Assembly (NCBI GenBank): GCA_016935525.1
Contig: JAFGQU010000015.1
Location: 4,162 to 68,161, forward strand
DNA from: Candidatus Omnitrophota bacterium
GTDB taxonomy: Bacteria; Omnitrophota; Gorgyraeia; Duberdicusellales; 4484-171
Length of the DNA stretch: 64,000 bases
Direction: 5' to 3'
The notes beneath the pieces are model-generated. The model was not told the origin of the DNA, made no database searches, and worked only from the letters and a program-made list of their open reading frames with translations. Both the position numbers and the translations under genes were made by a program. Shown here in pieces: positions 54,667 to 64,000 of this stretch; within the stretch, counting starts at the first letter, position 1, and every line of letters starts with the position of its first letter.

Positions 54667-55989
54667 TCAACGTCCGATACTGGCATAGGTAAATCCTATC
54701 CGGATCAACTCTTTCTTATCGAACATATTACGGCCGTCGATGATCAAAGGCAGTTTCATGAGTGTTTTGATCTTTTTGAAATCAGCAGAAACAAATTCCT
54801 GCCATTGGGTAAGAAAACAGGCACAGTCGCACCCGCGTACCGCTTCATAAAGGGTCTCGGCATACCGGACCCCCCGTTTAGGCAGAAATTGTTTTGCCTC
54901 ATTCATCGCCTGAGGATCATATACTCTCAACCTGGCGTTACAGGAAACCAGAGAATGAATGATCTCGATCGACGGAGCAAACCGCATATCATCGGTATCC
55001 GGTTTAAACGCAAGCCCTAACACGGCGATCTTTTTATCTTTAAGTACCCAAAGATGTTCACGGATCTTTTCGACAAAATATCTGCGTTGATCGTCATTTA
55101 TTTTTTTTACCTCGTCCAATAACCGGAACTCATATCCGACTTTCTTCGAGATATAAGAAAACGCCTCGACATCTTTGGGGAAACAAAATCCGCCGTATCC
55201 GACACCCGCATCCAGAAACTCCCTGCCGATCCGGGGGTCCAACCCCATCCCTTGGGCGACTTTTTTCACATCCGCACCGGTCAGATCGCATATCCGGGAT
55301 ACCGCGTTGATAAACGATATCTTTGTCGCCAAAAACGAATTAGAAGCATGTTTAATGATCTCGGCGGTATTCATATCCGTAGTGATGATGGGTACTTTAA
55401 GCGGCGCATACAGGTCTTTAAGGATCTTTTCGGCCCGTTCGGTCTCAACGCCGATGACGATGCGTGCCGGATAAAAACAATCATATACCGCTTTGCCTTC
55501 TCTTAAGAATTCGGGATTTGAGGCGACATCAAAAGGGATATCCCCCCGGCGGTAACGCATGATCGTTTCTTTTATCTTTATCCCGGTCTGGACCGGTACC
55601 GTCGATTTTTCTACGATCAGTGTATACTCTTTCATGTTCCGGGCAATCAGCCGGGCGATGTTCTCAACGGCACTTAAATCAGCCGCCCCATCGGCCTGCG
55701 GCGGAGTACCTACCGCGATAAACAATATATTACACAGTCGGATCGACTCGCCAACGTTATGCGAAAAAGACAGTTTCTTTTTGCGTATATTCTTTTTCAC
55801 CAGTTCTTCTAACTCTGGTTCAAAAAAAGGAAGGATCTGTTTTTTGAGGTGTACGATCTTTTTTTTATCGTTATCGACACAGGTGACCGAATGGCCTAAT
55901 TCGGCAAAAGCTGCCGCCGTTACCAGGCCGACATGTCCGGCGCCGATTACCGCGATCTTCTTCTTTTTAGTAGCTTTGTCTGCCGCCAT
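54667..55989 (-). CDS. ugd: UDP-glucose 6-dehydrogenase
   Basis: IG-G-VGL, KSTVP, NPEFLREG, N-FLA-KISF-N, GYGG-CFPKD, GLAFKP-TDD-R. Confidence 0.93.
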   Translation of the reverse strand: MAADKATKKKKIAVIGAGHVGLVTAAAFAELGHSVTCVDNDKKKIVHLKKQILPFFEPELEELVKKNIRKKKLSFSHNVGESIRLCNILFIAVGTPPQADGAADLSAVENIARLIARNMKEYTLIVEKSTVPVQTGIKIKETIMRYRRGDIPFDVASNPEFLREGKAVYDCFYPARIVIGVETERAEKILKDLYAPLKVPIITTDMNTAEIIKHASNSFLATKISFINAVSRICDLTGADVKKVAQGMGLDPRIGREFLDAGVGYGGFCFPKDVEAFSYISKKVGYEFRLLDEVKKINDDQRRYFVEKIREHLWVLKDKKIAVLGLAFKPDTDDMRFAPSIEIIHSLVSCNARLRVYDPQAMNEAKQFLPKRGVRYAETLYEAVRGCDCACFLTQWQEFVSADFKKIKTLMKLPLIIDGRNMFDKKELIRIGFTYASIGR

Positions 55990-58135
55990 GGTAGGTATGA
56001 TCAAATCCGAAACGTACTTGAGGGAAATCTTTTACCCGAAACATAAACCAAAGAGTGTAATTCTGATCCCGGTCGACGTTGACCCCGACATCCATCAACC
56101 AACAATGCAGATCTTTGGTGAATATATACTGTTGTTCTTTAAACTCCTGGGATTTAAATTCGTAACGGATATAGTTACGAAATTCTAACGTAGGGTTGAA
56201 CTGGTAATTCCAGGAAAGCGTCGTTTGAGAGTTCTCTTTACGGGCATAACGGTGGCCTAACGCGACCGAATAAGGGTGGGCCTCCCCTCCGGTAAGCCTT
56301 AGATCGGTATCGATCTCCTGGAAATTCCCGCTCACACAGTCATATCGTGCGTCCGCAGTCAATGAAAACTCAGGGATAGGATAAAATTCGAAATCGACTT
56401 CAGCGATAGTAAACGCGCTGCCCCCGTTGGGACTATTGATCCGGTAGGAAATCGACGGGGAAAAATAGATCATATCCCATATCCTCTGTTCGCCGGTCTC
56501 CTCCTCGGTCGCTTCACTTTTTACCTGGACTTTATTTTCTAACGTAAATTTTACCGTCTCGTTACGGCTTAACGCGTCTTTACTGTCAAACTGGATAAGG
56601 TTAGAATTGCTTACCGTAGGGTCATGAATATATCCGTAATTAATGATCGGGGTTACGATATGGCGCATTTTTTCGATATGTTGTCCGAACAGCACGAACG
56701 CCTTATCGGCCACTTTATATAATCTCGTACTTAACGATACGCCGGCCCCGAACGCATTGCGAATAATATCTTTATTATCGAATTTATTCTCGCTATAGTA
56801 GGTAGAATAAAAATCGGCATGCGGATTTATCGTGAGCCACGCGATCCGGGAATCGTAACTGAGCACGTTTTTGGTATGGATACGTTTGACGTCTTCACTG
56901 CGTGGGGAATTGGCATATTTTCTCGATATATCCGCGACCGAAAAGTCGCTGTTGAAATAAAGCGGCAATCCTTCGGTCAGGGTATGTTTAAATAAGGTAT
57001 ATTCCAGCTCCGGCAGATATTGCACTTCGGTCCAGAACCGGTTTACCCGTTTACGCGCCAGAAGCGATACTGCCGAATGAGGGAACGAATAACTGGCCAG
57101 GGCATAGGTATCCGGAGCACTGTCGATCTCGTATTCCCGGTAAAAGAAATCTTTCACTATATATTTATCGGATAATTTATGGAATTCCGCTTTAATCGAC
57201 AGCCCATTTTCAGCCTGCCAATCGTAAGAAAACTCGGTACGGTAACGGTCATCTTCTAACAGTTTGTCGGAAAGGGTGCTTCGTTCGGGATACTCGTCAA
57301 ACAACTCATTACGTTTGTCTCTCGCATACAACGAATCTTCGATATGGTAGGCATTGAACAACGCTTCCCCCCAGTCTTTAGTCTCCAGCTTATGGGTGAT
57401 CCCCTGGCCGAACCCCCTGCGTTCATAGAAATCGAGGTGTATTTTTCCCCGGTTTTCTTCATTCATATTGTAACGGTACCGGGTCAACAGATACATGCCC
57501 CATTCACCGCTTGAACCGGGTGAAAGCTCGAAAGGATACGATTTGTCTTTCAATGAATGGGTAAAACTGGGCAGATAAAACACCGGAACATTGCCCAGCA
57601 TAAATACCACATTTTTCGCGACGATCTTCTCTTTAGGATAAAGAATGATCCGTTTGGTACGCAGACGATAATGCGGCCGGTCATAATCACAGGTAGTCAC
57701 GTATCCCGATTGTATCACATATTTGTCTTCACTTTCCCCGAACGCCTCGGGAGCTTCTCCGTAGGTAGGCGGAGATTCCATACGGATATCATCGATTTTA
57801 GTCTGTTTCCGGTAAAAATCGTAGACTGCGTCTTTTCCGTAAATCACCCCTTTAGGAGATACGACTTTTACCTCACCATGGATAAAAGCGTTATGCGTTT
57901 CGGTATTGTACACCGCTTCATCACAATAAATAGTCACATCTTCATATTTCATCCGCACATTCCCCTGGGCGACCACTTTCCCTTCATCATGGAGATACCG
58001 TACCTGGTCTCCGTCAACGATTACCGGGATACCTTTTTCCTGAGCCAGGGCGACACTGCCGGCAGAAATACAACACAGGATACACAGGACATTAATGACC
58101 GTATCGCGGATTTTTTTTATGAATCGCCGTATCAT
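55967..58135 (-). CDS. lptD: LPS-assembly outer membrane protein LptD
   Basis: OstA-like jellyroll N-terminus, TTC---PHY, VPVFYLP, beta-barrel with DLHCW near the C-terminus. Confidence 0.82.
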   Translation of the reverse strand: MIRRFIKKIRDTVINVLCILCCISAGSVALAQEKGIPVIVDGDQVRYLHDEGKVVAQGNVRMKYEDVTIYCDEAVYNTETHNAFIHGEVKVVSPKGVIYGKDAVYDFYRKQTKIDDIRMESPPTYGEAPEAFGESEDKYVIQSGYVTTCDYDRPHYRLRTKRIILYPKEKIVAKNVVFMLGNVPVFYLPSFTHSLKDKSYPFELSPGSSGEWGMYLLTRYRYNMNEENRGKIHLDFYERRGFGQGITHKLETKDWGEALFNAYHIEDSLYARDKRNELFDEYPERSTLSDKLLEDDRYRTEFSYDWQAENGLSIKAEFHKLSDKYIVKDFFYREYEIDSAPDTYALASYSFPHSAVSLLARKRVNRFWTEVQYLPELEYTLFKHTLTEGLPLYFNSDFSVADISRKYANSPRSEDVKRIHTKNVLSYDSRIAWLTINPHADFYSTYYSENKFDNKDIIRNAFGAGVSLSTRLYKVADKAFVLFGQHIEKMRHIVTPIINYGYIHDPTVSNSNLIQFDSKDALSRNETVKFTLENKVQVKSEATEEETGEQRIWDMIYFSPSISYRINSPNGGSAFTIAEVDFEFYPIPEFSLTADARYDCVSGNFQEIDTDLRLTGGEAHPYSVALGHRYARKENSQTTLSWNYQFNPTLEFRNYIRYEFKSQEFKEQQYIFTKDLHCWLMDVGVNVDRDQNYTLWFMFRVKDFPQVRFGFDHTYHGGRQSY

Positions 58136-58136
58136 G

Positions 58137-59045
58137 CTAAAGGACCTCCAGATGTCCTTCCTGAGCGAGAAGTCCCGCCCCGATCACGCCGGAATCTTTC
58201 ATCTGCGCCCGGAATACCTTGAGGTTTTTAAGATTCGGCCACATCGCCTGTTGCTTCAACACTTCCATCACCATGGGTTTGAATACTTTTATCGCTCCGC
58301 TCACTCCTCCGCCTAAAATAATGGCCTGAGGGTTGAAGATGTTTACCATCCCGGCAAGGAATTTTCCCAGATACAATGAGAACTCCCGCCAGATAAGTAA
58401 AGCCGGTTTTTCTTTGTGCAACGCTTTTTTATAGATCTCTTCCACATCGACTTCATTCTTTATATTTCTTATCTTTTTGTACCGGGCAATCAGGTATCGA
58501 TTGCCCAGATAGGTCTCGATACAACCGGTCCCGCCGCACCCGCACGGTTTCCCGTGATAATGGATAGGGACATGCCCGAACTCACCGGCACTGGTCGTGC
58601 TGCGCAGGATCTTTCCGTTCAAGATGAACGCGCCGCCAAGGCCGGTCCCTAACGTCAAGAAAAGCGCCCGTTGATAATTTTTTGCCGCACCTTGCCGGGC
58701 TTCGGCAAGCGCAAACACATTGGCATCATTATCAACTACAACCGGGAGGTTAATCGCTTTGCGTAAGGCGTCTCTTAACGGATAATTTCTCCATCCCGGT
58801 ACATTGGGCAGATAGTAAATAAAACCCCGGGGGATATTCACGATTCCCGGAGCTCCGATCCCTACTCCTTGCGGGGAATAAGAACGGTAAGATGTGACTA
58901 ATTCTTTGATCTTAGCCAAGAACATCGGCGGTTTACTCAACTCGGCGGTACGAACAGTTTCTTTTTTAAGGAGTTTACCGGTTGAGGAGACAATACCGAC
59001 TCTAAGGAGCGTGCCCCCCCAATCTATACCTATATATGATTTCAT
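58137..59045 (-). CDS. ROK family sugar kinase (glucokinase-like)
   Basis: GID-GGT, NDAN--ALAE, TLGTG-GG, GEFGH, C-CG--GC-E. Confidence 0.92.
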   Translation of the reverse strand: MKSYIGIDWGGTLLRVGIVSSTGKLLKKETVRTAELSKPPMFLAKIKELVTSYRSYSPQGVGIGAPGIVNIPRGFIYYLPNVPGWRNYPLRDALRKAINLPVVVDNDANVFALAEARQGAAKNYQRALFLTLGTGLGGAFILNGKILRSTTSAGEFGHVPIHYHGKPCGCGGTGCIETYLGNRYLIARYKKIRNIKNEVDVEEIYKKALHKEKPALLIWREFSLYLGKFLAGMVNIFNPQAIILGGGVSGAIKVFKPMVMEVLKQQAMWPNLKNLKVFRAQMKDSGVIGAGLLAQEGHLEVL

Positions 59046-59053
59046 AGACTCTT

Positions 59054-59081
59054 ATTTTATCTTATATTTATCCCTTTTCAA
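59054..59081 (-). promoter_or_regulatory. Putative sigma70 promoter (leaderless-type) of the ROK-lptD-ugd operon
   Basis: TTGAAA-N16-TAAAAT, then 8 nt to the ATG. Confidence 0.5.
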
Positions 59082-59173
59082 TACAAAAATCGGCCCGTTT
59101 TCATTAAAAACCATTCGATGTAAGCGGGAAAATCTTAAAACCAGAAAAATCACTCGTCATCCGGAAATGAAAA

Positions 59174-60397
59174 TTAAGGCCTAACCAGCCGGGAAATATC
59201 GGCCTGTAGAGATTCGGGAATATCCGAAAAGAAAATACCCAGGTAATACTCATTCTGCTGCGTATGCCTATGGATCACCCGACAATTTACTTCCCAACGA
59301 TCATCGTGCGCGGGCAGAGAAAGCCGGCAAAGAAACGTATCTACCGTCACCTCATTCGGTACACAAAGTAACGCTCCGTGTCCGGATATATTCACGATTT
59401 TTACCGGTTTGTCTTTTTTTAAGCCGATCTCGTCAACAATCTCTATGTTCAGGCCGGCTACCCCTTGCGCTCTTATCCAGCGCCGCCGTTCGATGAAGAT
59501 CCGGTCACGGCCTCTCCGTTTAGCCTGATACAGCGCATTGTCGACGACACTGATCAGGGCAGCCGAAGTTCCCCCGTTACACGGATAAGAAGCTACCCCG
59601 GCGGAAAATTTCACCTGTAACCCTTCTTGAGTAGTATGGAGATATTTAGAATACAACTTGGATTGAGCGACTTTAGTTTTAATCCGCTCTACGACTATCA
59701 ACGCCTGCTGAAGGTTCGCTTCCGGAAGGATAAGTAAGAATTCCTCTCCGCCGTAACGCCCGACGATATCTGCGGTACGGATCACACTTTTAATTATGTC
59801 GGCAAATGAAGCCAGCACGTCATTGCCGACCATATGGCCGTAACTATCGTTGATCTTTTTAAAAAAGTCCAAATCGATCATTACGACCGTAAATTCTTTC
59901 GCATAACGTTTACTGCGGGATATCTCATTTTCTAAAAGTTGCATCGTCCAGCGGAAATTAACACACGCGGTAAGTTCGTCATAATAGGCAAGGTTCTTAA
60001 GCCTTTCTCTTAATCTCTTATCCATCACCGACAACAGCCCCAGAGAAATACCGCTGCCGTAATAGGCCAGAAATCTTACCAATATACCGACTATCACCAG
60101 GTCCCGAAACAGCCAGTACCGGAAGATATTGATCTCAAAGATCAAGATCAGAGAAGCGACGGTTGCGGCAAGAATTCCGCCCCAGATCCCGAACCAGAAT
60201 CCGGCAAGAGAAATCAGGGTAATATAGATATACCCTAAAGAAAAGCCAAACGCACCGGTGGTACGACGGATTACGATAAGGACAATACATCCCAGGATGA
60301 GGAAAAAAATGCGGAAATTACGCAGCCCCAGCACACGCTGAATCCTGATTTTAAGCTGATGTAAAATCGCCCCCTCCTTTTGCAGCATTAAATCCAT
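59174..60397 (-). CDS. Membrane-bound diguanylate cyclase with C-terminal PilZ domain
   Basis: About 4 TM helices, D-D-FK-IND-YGH--G, I-site RTAD, GGEEF, then RRWIR ... NISGHG PilZ motifs. Confidence 0.9.
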   Translation of the reverse strand: MDLMLQKEGAILHQLKIRIQRVLGLRNFRIFFLILGCIVLIVIRRTTGAFGFSLGYIYITLISLAGFWFGIWGGILAATVASLILIFEINIFRYWLFRDLVIVGILVRFLAYYGSGISLGLLSVMDKRLRERLKNLAYYDELTACVNFRWTMQLLENEISRSKRYAKEFTVVMIDLDFFKKINDSYGHMVGNDVLASFADIIKSVIRTADIVGRYGGEEFLLILPEANLQQALIVVERIKTKVAQSKLYSKYLHTTQEGLQVKFSAGVASYPCNGGTSAALISVVDNALYQAKRRGRDRIFIERRRWIRAQGVAGLNIEIVDEIGLKKDKPVKIVNISGHGALLCVPNEVTVDTFLCRLSLPAHDDRWEVNCRVIHRHTQQNEYYLGIFFSDIPESLQADISRLVRP

Positions 60398-60434
60398 TCT
60401 ATACGAACTTTTAGCAGAAAAAAAGAAAAAAAGA

Positions 60435-60461
60435 AGAGCCCGCTTTTTTGAAGCGGGCTCT
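60435..60461 (-). terminator. Rho-independent terminator
   Basis: 11-bp perfect stem AGAGCCCGCTT / AAGCGGGCTCT, followed on the minus strand by long U-rich tracts. Confidence 0.85.
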
Positions 60462-60523
60462 CTTACTTCCTTCCTCGCTGTAGATCTTTATAGCTTGGCT
60501 GCGTAACAAGGAATTTTCATCCC

Positions 60524-60610
60524 TTATTTCTTTTTTTTCTTAGCAGCCTTTTTCTTCGTTGTCTTTTTCTTTGTTGCTTTTTTCTTTGTTGCTTTTTTCT
60601 TTGCTGGCAT
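60524..60610 (-). CDS. Histone H1-like lysine-rich microprotein, 28 aa
   Basis: MPAKKKATKKKATKKKTTKKKAAKKKKK*; AGGAGGTG RBS, own promoter and downstream terminator. Confidence 0.8.
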   Translation of the reverse strand: MPAKKKATKKKATKKKTTKKKAAKKKKK

Positions 60611-60646
60611 GTATCACCTCCTTTTTTATTTTTTGCCTACAAAACC

Positions 60647-60675
60647 AATTTAACTAATTTTGGAAAGTTTGTCAA
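60647..60675 (-). promoter_or_regulatory. sigma70 promoter of the lysine-rich microprotein
   Basis: TTGACA-N17-TAAATT with an A-tract-rich upstream region (UP-element-like). Confidence 0.75.
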
Positions 60676-60731
60676 TACATTTTCGACTTTTTTTGAATTT
60701 TTTTTTCTGATTTTTTTTGGAAGATATTTTT

Positions 60732-61100
60732 TCAGGAAGGTGTTTTAAAAAATTTTTTCGGTATGCGGATTTTTTTTGCTTCTTTCCACAAATGTTCCAG
60801 GTCATAAAACTTTCTGAACTCATCAAGAAAGATATGAAGCACTACATCTTCAAAATCGACCAGCATCCAGGTCGACTCTTCATCCCGTTCCGAGTGGTGC
60901 GCAGGCATCTGGCATTTTTTGGAAAGCTGAAGGGTTTCGTTGAGAATCGCCTCGACCTGCCGGGGCGATTCTCCCGAACAGATCACGAAATAATCACAGA
61001 AGGTCGAGACCGAACGGACGTCTAATATCACAGGGTCAATTGCCTGTTTATTCAAAGTGAATTCTACTATTTGTAAAGCTTTCTCTCTACCGTCAGTCAT
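60732..61100 (-). CDS. rsfS: Ribosome silencing factor RsfS (Iojap)
   Basis: K-A-D---LD, DYFVICSG-S-RQV-AI, W-LVD--DV-LHIF----R-FYDLE-LW. Confidence 0.95.
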   Translation of the reverse strand: MTDGREKALQIVEFTLNKQAIDPVILDVRSVSTFCDYFVICSGESPRQVEAILNETLQLSKKCQMPAHHSERDEESTWMLVDFEDVVLHIFLDEFRKFYDLEHLWKEAKKIRIPKKFFKTPS

Positions 61101-62375
61101 TTATACTCCTCCCTTTTCAAGGATTTTCACGCACATATCAGCCTGATTTTTCTCGATATTACCGACACAGGTAAGACACACTCTCTCCTTCACAAATAGT
61201 TGCCGGGCAAGGATACGGATATCCTGAGGAGTTACTTTACGGATATATTCCCGCAATTGCTCGAAACTGTATATCTTATCGATAGAGATCAATAAATCGG
61301 CAAGATAAAACATCCGGCCCATCGGTCGTTCGAGATTCATCGCCATCTGTCCCAACAGATAATCTTTCGCTCTTTCCAGCTCGCGTTGAGAGACAAGCTG
61401 GTCTTTTATCTTTTCGAGTTGATGGATGATACAGGCCAGGGCCTCGCCGATATTTTTCTTATCCAGGCCGCAATGTACGATAAACGCTCCCGAGTCTTTA
61501 TATTTCTTCACTTCGGTAGATACATCGTAACAGAGGCCCCGCTTCTCCCGGATCTCTTCGAACAGACGGCTGCTCATATTTGCGCCCATCAACACATGCA
61601 ACAACTCGATCGCGAATCGATACCGATGGGTATACGGGATCGAACGGAACCCTACGCATAAATGAGTCTGATCGATATTTTTCTGCTCAACGACTATCTT
61701 TCGTCCCCGTAACGGCGCCGGCGGCTTTTGCGGTTTGAGCGGACTGCCTTTTTTCGTCCCCGCAAGACGAGAGGCGAGCGTAGAAAAGAACACATCCCGG
61801 TCAAATGCTCCCGCGCAAAAAATCATTATACGAGGCGACACATAGTAACGGTCCCGGCATTCGGCCAAGTGATTACGACGGATATATTTTACCGTAGTAT
61901 CGTAGCCGATCACATCCCTCCCCAAAGGATGCTTATCCCATAACAATTCATCCAGCAAGGAAAGAGCCCGGGCATGAGGAAGATCACGATACATCTTGAT
62001 CTCCTCTAAGATCACATTACGTTCCTTTTCTATTTCTTTTACCTCAAACAACGGATGTTCGACCATATCAAAAAGGATGTCAGCGGTAATTTCCAAGTTC
62101 TTTCTCAAGAATTGAGCATAATAAGCGGTCACCTCCTGAGAGGTAAACGCGTTCACGCTACCTCCGCGCCCTTCGATCTGCTGTTTGATCTTCCGATAGG
62201 AATATTTCTTTGTTCCTTTAAACAGCATATGTTCAATAAAATGAGCTACCCCTTTCAGTGTTACCGGTTCAAACCGGGCACCCCATTTAATAAAGATCCC
62301 TAACGCGCACGTTTCCAGATAAGGCATAGGCGAGGTCACTACGGTAAGATTTTTCCGATGAGTAAGATTAAACAT
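61101..62375 (-). CDS. M16 family zinc peptidase
   Basis: HFIEH (HxxEH), NAFTS-E, SSRLF-EIRE-RGL-Y. Confidence 0.93.
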   Translation of the reverse strand: MFNLTHRKNLTVVTSPMPYLETCALGIFIKWGARFEPVTLKGVAHFIEHMLFKGTKKYSYRKIKQQIEGRGGSVNAFTSQEVTAYYAQFLRKNLEITADILFDMVEHPLFEVKEIEKERNVILEEIKMYRDLPHARALSLLDELLWDKHPLGRDVIGYDTTVKYIRRNHLAECRDRYYVSPRIMIFCAGAFDRDVFFSTLASRLAGTKKGSPLKPQKPPAPLRGRKIVVEQKNIDQTHLCVGFRSIPYTHRYRFAIELLHVLMGANMSSRLFEEIREKRGLCYDVSTEVKKYKDSGAFIVHCGLDKKNIGEALACIIHQLEKIKDQLVSQRELERAKDYLLGQMAMNLERPMGRMFYLADLLISIDKIYSFEQLREYIRKVTPQDIRILARQLFVKERVCLTCVGNIEKNQADMCVKILEKGGV

Positions 62376-63153
62376 AAAACTGTTTTATATATGCAGAAAA
62401 TTTTTTCAGGAAATCCGGTTGACGATAATGTCGCTCGATATAATCTACCACGGCACTACCCACGATTACCCCGTCGCTCTGACGGGTAATCGTTCGGACC
62501 TGCTGGCGGGAATGGATACCAAAACCGACACATACCGGAAGATGACTTATTTTTTTCATCAGCGACAGATGATCTAATAATGGTTTCATGACAATGGTCT
62601 TGGGGCCGGTAATTCCGGCAACGGAAACATAATAGATAAAACCCCGAGACATCTTGATTATTTTTTTTGCCCGGACAGTATCGGTCGTAGGTGTTACAAA
62701 GAAAATCGTATCGATCTTGCGGGCCCGGGCGCACATCACATATTCTTTTGCTTCTTCAATAGGCAGATCCACAACCATCACTCCGCTTACTCCGCTTTTG
62801 GCGCAATCGGTAAAAAACCGGTTGAGTCCGTAACGATATACCGGATTATAATACGTAAGGATGATGATCGGAGTAGACACTATCTTCTTCAATTGTCTCA
62901 CATTCTCAAGTAATAGTTTTAGAGTGACTCCTCTGTTTAGTGCCGTCACACTTGCTTTTTGAATAATCGGGCCGTCGGCGACCGGGTCGGAAAAAGGCAT
63001 CCCTAACTCGATGACATCGACCCCACAGCTATCGAGAGTTTTAATGATCTGCCGGCTTAAAGAAAGAGTAGGAAATCCGAACGGAATATAAGGAATAAAG
63101 GCTTTGCGGTGTTGCGTAGCCAATTTTTGGAATTTTTTCTTTAACGTATCCAT
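62368..63153 (-). CDS. trpA: Tryptophan synthase alpha chain
   Basis: [39 protein letters not shown]. Confidence 0.97.
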   Translation of the reverse strand: MDTLKKKFQKLATQHRKAFIPYIPFGFPTLSLSRQIIKTLDSCGVDVIELGMPFSDPVADGPIIQKASVTALNRGVTLKLLLENVRQLKKIVSTPIIILTYYNPVYRYGLNRFFTDCAKSGVSGVMVVDLPIEEAKEYVMCARARKIDTIFFVTPTTDTVRAKKIIKMSRGFIYYVSVAGITGPKTIVMKPLLDHLSLMKKISHLPVCVGFGIHSRQQVRTITRQSDGVIVGSAVVDYIERHYRQPDFLKKFSAYIKQFYV

Positions 63154-64000
63154 TCCTGCACTATTTCTAAATCTTTATCTCCCCGGCCGGAAAGACAAAG
63201 GATGACCTTCTTGTTGCGGTTAGCTTTCTTCTTCGCCATGATGTTCAGATAATAGACCGCATGGGACGATTCCAGGGCCGGGATGATTCCTTCGCAAAGG
63301 CTGAGCAGTTTAAACCCTTCAATCGCCTGAGCATCGTTCACCGCGACATAATGTGCCCGTTTGATCTGTTGATAGTACGCATGTTCCGGCCCCACTCCGG
63401 GATAATCAAGGCCCGGTGCGACCGAATGAGCTTCACTGATCTGACCGTATGCGTCCTGCAAGAGAAAAGATTTTGTCCCATGCAATATCCCGATCCGGCC
63501 CCGTACTAATGATGCCGAATGATGGCTATTTTTAAAAAATCCTTCTCCGGCAGCTTCCACGCCGATGAACTTTATTTTTTTATCGTTAAAGAAAGGATAG
63601 AATAGCCCGATGGCATTAGACCCTCCACCCACACAGGCAACCAGATAATCCGGCAATCTTTTTTCTTTCTGCCGGAACTGTCTCTTTGCTTCCTGTCCGA
63701 TCACCGACTGAAAATCGCGCACCATCATCGGATAAGGATGCGGCCCGATGACCGAACCTAATAGATAATAGGTATCCTTGACGCGGGAAACCCAATCCCG
63801 CAAAGCTTCACTGCAGGCGTCTTTCAATGTCCGGGTCCCGCTTGAAACCGGGATGACTCTTGCCCCCAGCGTTTGCATCCGGAACACATTCATACGCTGA
63901 CGACGGATATCTTCTTCGCCCATGAACACATCACATTCCATACCAAAAAGAGCGGCAACCGTCGCGGTAGCAACTCCGTGCTGACCGGCTCCGGTCTCGG
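63141..64000 (-). CDS. trpB: Tryptophan synthase beta chain (N-terminus beyond the window)
   Basis: [12 protein letters not shown] at the window edge, [35 protein letters not shown]. Confidence 0.97.
   Translation of the reverse strand, partial: ETGAGQHGVATATVAALFGMECDVFMGEEDIRRQRMNVFRMQTLGARVIPVSSGTRTLKDACSEALRDWVSRVKDTYYLLGSVIGPHPYPMMVRDFQSVIGQEAKRQFRQKEKRLPDYLVACVGGGSNAIGLFYPFFNDKKIKFIGVEAAGEGFFKNSHHSASLVRGRIGILHGTKSFLLQDAYGQISEAHSVAPGLDYPGVGPEHAYYQQIKRAHYVAVNDAQAIEGFKLLSLCEGIIPALESSHAVYYLNIMAKKKANRNKKVILCLSGRGDKDLEIVQEWIR

Noticed and set aside
60462-60510. SRP RNA- or tmRNA-like words (GGAAGGAAG, GCAGCC, ...YAAKL)
   Set aside because: The motifs are in the wrong order for the SRP helix-8 loop, and there are no tRNA-like ends for tmRNA.

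Overview
A core-genome stretch of a diderm, probably anaerobic bacterium. Gene content and order (Zn-ribbon SpoVG, LpxC-FabZ fusion, LpxI, four-subunit pyruvate:ferredoxin oxidoreductase, type IVa pili) suggest the PVC group, possibly Candidatus Omnitrophota; this is inference. Almost every gene is on the minus strand. From left to right: a type IV pilus operon headed by a small MerR/BldC-like HTH and a PilZ protein; hldD and cysE; a large GH161-like glucan phosphorylase operon with bioY; one plus-strand SurA/PpiD-like gene; PFOR and ferredoxin; lipid A/BAM genes; dnaB-rplI-rpsR-ssb-rpsF-pth-rplY-prs-glmU-tRNA-Gln-spoVG-ispE; split transketolase; hisG; an LPS/nucleotide-sugar cluster; lptD; a ROK kinase; a GGDEF-PilZ cyclase; rsfS; an M16 peptidase; trpAB. 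No prophage, CRISPR or intact transposase is visible. The notable signals are small and mostly missing from the ORF track: (1) a 95-bp non-autonomous IS200/IS605-type element in the last codons of lpxD, whose removal restores the gene end; (2) several inverted elements built from 6-9-nt periodic repeats, one nested and one next to a four-helix-bundle pseudogene; (3) a 28-aa histone-H1-like microprotein with its own promoter and terminator; (4) a 29-aa bS22/AURKAIP1-like ORF; (5) an apparently circularly permuted DUF4254 protein; (6) recurrent leaderless-type promoters.
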